A DNA stretch of 64,000 bases, taken from IMG/VR virus record IMGVR_UViG_3300037067_008064, positions 1 through 64,000 of that record, one strand, 5' to 3'. This stretch comes from a virus. Its lineage: Duplodnaviria; Heunggongvirae; Uroviricota; Caudoviricetes. Every line of letters starts with the position of its first letter. Position 1 is the stretch's first letter. Positions 58,101 to 64,000 of this stretch are shown here, piece by piece. The notes under the pieces are model-generated. The model was not told where the DNA came from and did not search any database. It saw only the letters and a list, made by a program, of their open reading frames with translations. A program made the translations under genes and the position numbers.

Positions 58101-58167
58101 CTAATTTAGCACTTATTTGTCCAAGTGAAACTAATATGGCACGTAATAAATCGTTAGCATTTAACAT
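55105..58167 (-). CDS. tape-measure-like tail protein with multiple hydrophobic helices
   Basis: 1020 aa with many Gly/Ala/Leu-rich membrane-like segments. Lies downstream of the sheath, tube and small putative chaperones. Confidence 0.45.
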   Translation of the reverse strand: MLNANDLLRAILVSLGQISAKLDRIYAPSTMEKGKEKGKETEKSKLSEEESAAISGNGIAGLNNVSKKEVDNMKNTAEGLKTLGEALKELSSGLWKFKLAPGKKDLIDFMRDIVGLSQENVKGSTKEVAESIAILSTALPQLAKGVMFFGLMSMTGLVLATVGGLTALHGVMISIGADPLALAGAEALGKVGTVLLGLGSVFKSMAILMISFAASILIFLGATILASKVFNVGPFESIMIILGLIGTFALGFAMLGALSVPIMLGATAAAFMGIGLTSLSIGLLAFVGVSKLMDMMGASIDSMHQLIMTVGLLALIFSGLGILSPLIMLGSYAAIGMGGSLLILSLGMLAFGGVSALLGMMMPGGIFTTMAEVAKSLGLLALIFAGMGILSIPIIAGAWAAIAISGSLIVLALTVMLINKILGEIDISTIKENISDMVSSVLIGTASGIQRGLLGEDGDSKGFFGKIFNIGKNALTLMAGIGLVFYTALTLSMLGRAISAFAQAGTIRVITGYKENGDPIFGEAIPTTNIAKTIATTISEFFNILTTSMKPADEGGTLPDKKAMGDMVDILMGTSGFKIKGALGIPLFSAGKQRVGVIEVLGKFGDLLSMWGKFGQKGEIPQFDSDGKPIAGIPLSAVASNIMGALNTFFSALNNELTVNVGPNIVATSQAITDVLVGRKRTVGQWIGDLVLDRPSSKKVGILEPLMNFSELIQMFASGTYTTVDANGKTISKPINYPEVAKSIVGSISTFISELNIGFVGLDKKTAGNIDDWAEILLGGKKKKGVFTIFDKFHDLILKFANNFIMDPNTRNDEKPKWIQVDYTKAAQDMVGMISTFLTTVSSEFTRVQALSGGKITMIDVMDRVNTQLERLIKQKDGLDKTAKTIGIFADRIKELAGAVDKIDTSKLESISKLESSLKIELNKEEGGWYPGNLKIEAIKSETTPTESYTPPAPTNYTPWPATPAPMPQGASTVTLSKEDLESIGLAVGDAVTEGLKNAILLFSFTGEDGNILKGNLDIS

Positions 58168-58169
58168 TA

Positions 58170-58203
58170 AAAAAGCGGATATTTTATTTATATATCCGCT
58201 TTC
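58170..58203 (-). terminator. hairpin + T-run terminator with embedded TATAAATA box, abutting the tape-measure start codon
   Basis: Minus strand GAAAGCGGATATATAAATAAAATATCCGCTTTTTTA-ATG. Confidence 0.45.
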
Positions 58204-58209
58204 TTAATT

Positions 58210-58485
58210 TTATCCCATTTTAGGGAAATTATAGTTTGGTAATTTAAATCCACCATAATTTGGTAGATTTTTCATGAAATCATTAGAAGAAGGAGCAGCT
58301 TGAGTTTTATATTTTTTCTCATATTCTTCTTGTTGTTTTTTGTGTCTATTTTCTTCTTCTTCTATGTATTCTTGATATTGTTCTATCATATCTTCAACAC
58401 GATAAAATTCTAGTTTATCTAAATCAACTGGTGATGTATTAAATTTAAATGCAAATAAAAATTCAATTTTAGGCCAATTTTCCAA
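58210..58485 (-). CDS. hypothetical protein (possible frameshift extension of 58469-59428)
   Basis: Begins with TTG and overlaps the upstream ORF by 17 nt in the +1 frame. Confidence 0.3.
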   Translation of the reverse strand: MENWPKIEFLFAFKFNTSPVDLDKLEFYRVEDMIEQYQEYIEEEENRHKKQQEEYEKKYKTQAAPSSNDFMKNLPNYGGFKLPNYNFPKMG

Positions 58486-59428
58486 ATGGATCTGAAATAA
58501 GGAAAAGGGATTTAAATCCTCCGAGAAAGTTTAATGGAACTGTAAGTTCCGCACCTCCTTCATCTTCATAACTAATTATAGGGTTTATTGAATCTTTAAA
58601 TAAATCTATAATGGTTGACATCATTGATAATTTATCAATAGACCATGAATTATAATCCATTACAAATTCATCATAAATATTATCAGTTAATCCTCTCCAA
58701 TCTTTAATTAAAAATGATGCATAATCTGCAAAACTTTCATCATAACGTTCTTGGTTTTGTCTTTTTCTTGTAATATAATTTTTAATCCAAGAAGTAACAC
58801 CAACACAAGGCATATGTATTATTAATTGTTCTCCCGTTTTAAATTTTAAATTAATTGATCTTGTTATTGAATCATAATAACGCATTAATCTTTCATCAAA
58901 ATTAACATAGCTAATCATATCTTTAGTTACACTAATTTTTTTGTTTTCAGATATTTTTACTTGTAGTTGATTTTCACCTTTAATAAAAGTAAATTCTCTA
59001 ACTGCAATTATTAAATAAAATCTATCAACTTCTTTAATATCTTTCCATGATGAATGCTGTCCACCAGGAAATTTAATAACTACACATCTTTCTAGAATAT
59101 AATTTAACATATCATCTAAGTTAAATATATTACTTTGAATAGATGACCAGTGTCTAATTTCTGCAGAACTTGCTGCTCTAATTACTATTTCAGTTCCTTC
59201 AGGATAAAACATACCATAAGTTGGTAAATCTTCTAAAGGAATAGTTAACCAACCTATATTATTTTGTAATGAAATTTGATCATTGGTTTTTTCCCAAGGT
59301 TTTTTAACAGCTGAATCATCTAAAATTGGACCACCTATTGATGATTGTTTATTTGAATTGGATAAAGGTTGTGAGTTTTCTTGTTCTTCTACTAATTTTT
59401 TAGCTTTGTCTTCTTGCGTATACTCCAT
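58469..59428 (-). CDS. hypothetical tail-module protein
   Basis: 319 aa between the tube and tape-measure genes; TATAAATA cassette upstream. Confidence 0.45.
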   Translation of the reverse strand: MEYTQEDKAKKLVEEQENSQPLSNSNKQSSIGGPILDDSAVKKPWEKTNDQISLQNNIGWLTIPLEDLPTYGMFYPEGTEIVIRAASSAEIRHWSSIQSNIFNLDDMLNYILERCVVIKFPGGQHSSWKDIKEVDRFYLIIAVREFTFIKGENQLQVKISENKKISVTKDMISYVNFDERLMRYYDSITRSINLKFKTGEQLIIHMPCVGVTSWIKNYITRKRQNQERYDESFADYASFLIKDWRGLTDNIYDEFVMDYNSWSIDKLSMMSTIIDLFKDSINPIISYEDEGGAELTVPLNFLGGFKSLFLISDPFGKLA

Positions 59429-59458
59429 AATAAGATATTTTATTTATATATCTATATG
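59429..59458 (-). promoter_or_regulatory. T4-type late promoter box TATAAATA
   Basis: Minus strand ATAGATATATAAATAAAATATCTTATT-ATG. Confidence 0.5.
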
Positions 59459-59489
59459 TTTAAAAAAAGGCAAAGTTTTGAAATTTATA

Positions 59490-60053
59490 TTAAAGAGATT
59501 TTATAATCTTATTTAAGGTTTTAAATGAAACTACCCAATGAAATTTTACATTAGATTTTTTTTCAGTTTCATCAAAAAGAATTTTATAAGCTTTATTAGT
59601 ATTATATATGAATTGCCATTTAGCTGAATTTGGTAACTCAACAAAAAATTTAATATCATCATAATTAAATTTTGAACACACACCTTGTAGTAGTTCATAT
59701 TTTTTTTGATAAATTTCTAAACTAATAGATGAGTTTACATTAATGTTAGCTAAAATAGGATTCAGCTTTATAATCTTATCATATACATAATTAAGTATAG
59801 AAAATTTTTCTTTAAATTTAATTTTTTCATCCCAATAAATAAAAAGACAAAGTGAAAATATTTTATTTATATCGAATGGTTCTGGTATTTTCCAATTTTC
59901 ATATAATTTAATTCCTAAAAGATCACTAGCTTTTTTTGAAGGAAAACCACTTGCTAAAAATCCATTTTTATCTTTTTTCCCATATGAATTTTGGCAATAA
60001 TATAAAACATTATCTAATAAATATGAATCATTATCTACAAATTTAGCTTCCAT
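59490..60053 (-). CDS. hypothetical tail-module protein
   Basis: 187 aa, immediately downstream of the tail tube gene and a hairpin terminator. Confidence 0.4.
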   Translation of the reverse strand: MEAKFVDNDSYLLDNVLYYCQNSYGKKDKNGFLASGFPSKKASDLLGIKLYENWKIPEPFDINKIFSLCLFIYWDEKIKFKEKFSILNYVYDKIIKLNPILANINVNSSISLEIYQKKYELLQGVCSKFNYDDIKFFVELPNSAKWQFIYNTNKAYKILFDETEKKSNVKFHWVVSFKTLNKIIKSL

Positions 60054-60063
60054 TTAATATTAG

Positions 60064-60086
60064 AAAAGCCGACATAATCGGCTTTT
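60064..60086. terminator. intrinsic terminator downstream of the tail tube gene
   Basis: AAAAGCCGACATAATCGGCTTTT. Confidence 0.55.
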
Positions 60087-60109
60087 CATTTTTATTTTAA
60101 ATTTTATTT

Positions 60110-60730
60110 TTAAACAATACTTTCATCCCAACTATCAGCTGCTAAAGTAAATCCTGTTATCTTGTATAAACCATCTGTCATATATTCTAATTCAGGAGCA
60201 TTTAATTGTGTGATTGGAAATACATAGAAAAGTTTCCATTGCCAAAATGGCTTTGCATCTCTACTATATAATGTAATAAGAACCCAATCTGCGGTATAAT
60301 CTTTTTTAACACCTGTTCTACCTGTTAATGGGTCATAAACTAAATCAGCCCATTTACGTAAAGTTTTTAAAACATAAGGACTATTATTATCATCTAAGTT
60401 AACTTCAAAATCAAGCGTAACATCCATTGTTGTTTTGTCTGGTTTTGGACCTGCAAATCTTCTTTGTGCCCATTTATATTGTTGTACTGCCGGTGTTGTT
60501 GGGAACGTATGTGATTGTAAACCTCCAATTTTAGTGATTCCTTCTAATAGTAAATTTGTTCCTTCTTGACCTGGAGCGTATCCTTCCCCAATACCAGATG
60601 GTAAATCTATCAACACTGTGAACATATTTAAATAAATAGGTTCAAATAAAGATGTTGATGCTCTTGATTGTCTAAAATGTCCAGTACCAAAAGTACCTGA
60701 AGATTTTGTAGGATTTATTGACTTTGCCAT
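60110..60730 (-). CDS. putative tail tube protein
   Basis: ~200 aa protein immediately downstream of the putative sheath gene. Assignment by position and size only. Confidence 0.4.
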   Translation of the reverse strand: MAKSINPTKSSGTFGTGHFRQSRASTSLFEPIYLNMFTVLIDLPSGIGEGYAPGQEGTNLLLEGITKIGGLQSHTFPTTPAVQQYKWAQRRFAGPKPDKTTMDVTLDFEVNLDDNNSPYVLKTLRKWADLVYDPLTGRTGVKKDYTADWVLITLYSRDAKPFWQWKLFYVFPITQLNAPELEYMTDGLYKITGFTLAADSWDESIV

Positions 60731-60757
60731 ATATTTTTTATTTATTTATTTTATTTA

Positions 60758-63235
60758 TTAAACAGATGCAAATCCACCAGAACTTACTCCACCAGTTGAG
60801 TTAAGAGAAACTCTGTTAACAACTTTTTGCATACCTTTAGTAACCCAAACTCCGATATCAATAACGGCAAATCCATCTTGTATGATATCATTTGTATTAT
60901 TAGAATCATCCATTACAAGTTCATATTTATCTAATGCACCTGAATTTTTAATTCCTTCTAAAATAGGAGCTACTGAATTAATAACATTTAATCTTGTTAC
61001 AGGATTATTAATGTCAAACACATAATTTTTAAGAACTTCTTCAACTTGAATTTCAATTGTATTTAATAATTCTCTTACGTGTAAGTAATTGTAATCACTT
61101 TTTATATTTTGATAAGCTGTTGCATTTGAATAAATTAATATTTCACCAGTTGATGGTCTTTCAATAATTGAATTATAACCAAATGGTTCAAGATAATCTC
61201 TATCCTGTTTATCAATTGGATATTCTACACCTAAAACATCAGGATTAGAAATAACTCCATTTTTATTTGCGACAATAACATAAGGATTTCCGCCTAAGAA
61301 TTTTTTAATGTATGTATTAGAAATATCTGCAGCAGGTGGTACTAATATAGTTTTACCATCATCATTGTATTTTAAAAATGGACCAAATACTCCGCTGTAT
61401 TTAGAACCGTATTCTTCATTAGGGAATGAAAATCTAAACGAACGTTGCATATCAGGATTTCCACCTTCAGCTATCCATTGAGTATTGAATATAGGTGTTG
61501 GGTCAACCCCTGGAATAAATGTATCACAGAAATATGGGTCTGTTGATGATGCAAAATGTTGCATTGAAGGGGCATTTAACAAAGCTGTTGTTTTTCCTCT
61601 TGCTTTTGCTAATCTAGATATGTATGATTTACCACCCATTAATGGTTGTAAACCGTAAGCCATAGTATCAACTATATAACGATACTGAATCATGTCAGGA
61701 TTTACTAATCCTCTAAAAATTCCTTGGTCATATAACATTGAATATATTTTTGTAACCCCAGATTCAACGCCTGGTGCACCGTTTTCGTCATATCCTGGTG
61801 CATGATTATTTGTTATTGTTAAACCAGGTAATTTTACTAATTTATAATAAGGTGATACTAATGGATTATCTATTGTTTTTTGAACTTTTATTTCAGAAGG
61901 GTCAATTGCAAAATTATAAATAGGTTCGGCCGTTGAAATTAAATATTGACTTGTAGCTGATACCCAATTTTTTCCAATAACATATGTTACACCCGGTTGA
62001 ATACTAGCATCTGATTTAATTAATGTTCCCATTGTTAATCCAGATGCATCAGCATTTGACATATAAAATGTTTTACCATCTGCACCAACACTTGAGCATG
62101 TTAATAACATGTGCATATCTGCTTCAGCAATACTTATATCATAACTTAAAAACGAAAATCTTTTGTTAGTCATATTAGTATTAATAAGATTGTGTCCTAC
62201 TAAATCTACAAGATATGGTGCTGCTTCTGTTGAAGTACCATCACCCAATTCCCATTGACCTTGCGAAGCATCATATACTAATTGGTCTAATGCTTGATTA
62301 TTAATGTTCATTAAAATACCTGTAAGTGAAACAGAATTATTAATTATAGTTTCAATATATTGAACTGAACCATTTTGATCTTTAAAATCAGGAATTATAG
62401 TTCCTACCCACGAACCCATTAATCTAATTTGTTTTAAATTAATAAAATCATTTATTTTATCTTGTTTTAACCCATTTATATTAAAATAAGATGAATAATA
62501 TGGGTCGGTAGATAATGAACCATAATTAGTCCAATCTCCTTCAATTGCAATAACTTGAATAAAATAATCCTTTAATAAATCATAAGGTCTTATCCATTGA
62601 AATGGAATGTTTGCTGCGGAACCATAAAAATCTTTAGCAGTTATACTATATCCTTGAATACCTATTGCTTTTCTAATAATGAATGATATAGGTTTTGTAT
62701 TAGTATTAACAAGTTGAAAAAGTGGGTCTGAATCTGCACTTGAATTAAGATATTTATTAGTTACAACTCCTTGTAAATATTCAGGGTCAGCTTTCCAAAA
62801 TCTTTGTCTGTTGAAAAAATTAACGTATAAATCAGTAAGTGCTGATTCTCCTTGAGCAAAATTAGGGTCATTTGAACTTGCACAATTTAAAGAAAACGTA
62901 GTAAATCCTGCATAATCAGTTGAGGTTTGAGGGTTATCATTAACTTTAATTAAACTTAATGCAAATACAGGTGCAGTTATTAAACATGTATCTAAAGCTC
63001 TATGAAAAAATGAACCTTTTCTTTCTACCTTTTTATCATTTAAACCATAAAATCTTTCACGGTCTTTAGTTGATCTTAAAAATACAGGGGCATTATGAAT
63101 ACCTACACCAGAATATCCAACTACCAATCTTAATGTTTGTGTTGTTACTGTAACACGTTCTGTATTATCTATTTCAATCGTATAAACACCTGATGATTTA
63201 AATTGAGATAAATCTAAGGAAATTGAATTTGCCAT
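60758..63235 (-). CDS. putative contractile tail sheath protein
   Basis: 825-aa structural-looking protein followed by a tube-size gene, then chaperone-size genes and a tape-measure-like gene. No motif-level proof. Confidence 0.4.
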   Translation of the reverse strand: MANSISLDLSQFKSSGVYTIEIDNTERVTVTTQTLRLVVGYSGVGIHNAPVFLRSTKDRERFYGLNDKKVERKGSFFHRALDTCLITAPVFALSLIKVNDNPQTSTDYAGFTTFSLNCASSNDPNFAQGESALTDLYVNFFNRQRFWKADPEYLQGVVTNKYLNSSADSDPLFQLVNTNTKPISFIIRKAIGIQGYSITAKDFYGSAANIPFQWIRPYDLLKDYFIQVIAIEGDWTNYGSLSTDPYYSSYFNINGLKQDKINDFINLKQIRLMGSWVGTIIPDFKDQNGSVQYIETIINNSVSLTGILMNINNQALDQLVYDASQGQWELGDGTSTEAAPYLVDLVGHNLINTNMTNKRFSFLSYDISIAEADMHMLLTCSSVGADGKTFYMSNADASGLTMGTLIKSDASIQPGVTYVIGKNWVSATSQYLISTAEPIYNFAIDPSEIKVQKTIDNPLVSPYYKLVKLPGLTITNNHAPGYDENGAPGVESGVTKIYSMLYDQGIFRGLVNPDMIQYRYIVDTMAYGLQPLMGGKSYISRLAKARGKTTALLNAPSMQHFASSTDPYFCDTFIPGVDPTPIFNTQWIAEGGNPDMQRSFRFSFPNEEYGSKYSGVFGPFLKYNDDGKTILVPPAADISNTYIKKFLGGNPYVIVANKNGVISNPDVLGVEYPIDKQDRDYLEPFGYNSIIERPSTGEILIYSNATAYQNIKSDYNYLHVRELLNTIEIQVEEVLKNYVFDINNPVTRLNVINSVAPILEGIKNSGALDKYELVMDDSNNTNDIIQDGFAVIDIGVWVTKGMQKVVNRVSLNSTGGVSSGGFASV

Positions 63236-63314
63236 ATTTTAAACATTTTTTTTATTTAATATCTTTTTAATATGATATTTTTATTATATATCTTAATTTT
63301 TTTTCTTAAATTTA

Positions 63315-63908
63315 TCAATTTTTAAATTTCATAGTTGAGCTTGGGTTATATCTCAAAATGTTTAATTGACGTTGGGTTGTTTCTTGATTTAACCATGATA
63401 ATTCATTAGTAGGTGTTTTACCATCGGAATTATTTCCATATAAAGCTTTAAACATATCATCAGACATACTTGCATCTGTATCTTCATACTGAGCTAATAA
63501 TTCATTAATTTTGGTTTTTTCTGGGCAATCTGGATAATCATCTATAAATTCATTTAGGAATAAAATATATTCATCTTCTTCATATCCTCTTGCTAAATTT
63601 AATGTAGCCATTACTGTATCATCATGTGAACCGCTTAAACCACTTAAACTTCCTCTTTTGTTTTTTCCAAAATTAGAAAATTCATTAACTGTTATTGGAT
63701 TATTGATAACAAAAAGCTTTTCATCAATATATTTTTTTCCAAGTTTACAGAAGTGTTCTTTGTCTATTCTGACTTTAAATCCCGGTTTTTTTCTTGGTGC
63801 TTTTTCTCCGGGTATTGGTTTAGTATGGTGTGTATGTAAAACCATTCCTGGGAAAAAGTTTTCTTGTGTCATTATTTCTTTAAGAACTAACTTACCATTA
63901 AAATTCAT
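63315..63908 (-). CDS. hypothetical protein
   Basis: ORF only. Confidence 0.4.
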   Translation of the reverse strand: MNFNGKLVLKEIMTQENFFPGMVLHTHHTKPIPGEKAPRKKPGFKVRIDKEHFCKLGKKYIDEKLFVINNPITVNEFSNFGKNKRGSLSGLSGSHDDTVMATLNLARGYEEDEYILFLNEFIDDYPDCPEKTKINELLAQYEDTDASMSDDMFKALYGNNSDGKTPTNELSWLNQETTQRQLNILRYNPSSTMKFKN

Positions 63909-64000
63909 TTCAACAAATATTTTACAATTTTCTGCCCCTAATTGATCAAAGGCTATGGCTTTTGTAACTTTTCCTGTTAATGTTTCATCTTGAAAATTAT

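Overview
Very AT-rich tailed-phage (myovirus-type) DNA, with almost every gene on the minus strand. Several features match the T4 superfamily: a clamp-loader large subunit (gp44-like), RNase H/FEN (rnh-like), dCMP deaminase, dihydrofolate reductase and thymidylate synthase with an HNH endonuclease between them, TATAAATA late-promoter boxes abutting start codons, and many free-standing GIY-YIG/HNH homing endonucleases. The window holds: (i) a tRNA region at ~0.8-7.2 kb with about 25 tRNA or tRNA-like genes and a second tRNA cluster at ~23.9-26.8 kb with about 13 more, several of them atypical (details in features and findings); (ii) an accessory island at 7.9-18.5 kb with a NADAR (YbiA-like) protein, a PTH2-type peptidyl-tRNA hydrolase, a nicotinamidase (PncA) / NAPRTase-family / NAD synthetase (NadE) NAD+ salvage set, and two families of small paralogous proteins (3 + 4 members) that all begin Met-Cys; (iii) a Ro60/TROVE + vWA protein gene preceded by a 400-nt ORF-free leader; (iv) an SPFH (flotillin-like)/NfeD pair, a papain-like peptidase, a SWIM protein, an HD hydrolase, a radical-SAM protein, a Nudix hydrolase and an SLT transglycosylase; (v) a tail module with sheath, tube, putative chaperones and a ~1000-aa tape-measure-like protein. 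Two families of short repeated DNA motifs are also present (a ~27-nt ACGATGAAACTC...TTACTACA element and a tandem ATGTTAAA-ATGTTAAAA element). All tRNA folds were done by eye, so anticodon calls and coordinates (±2 nt) need a tRNA-finder check.
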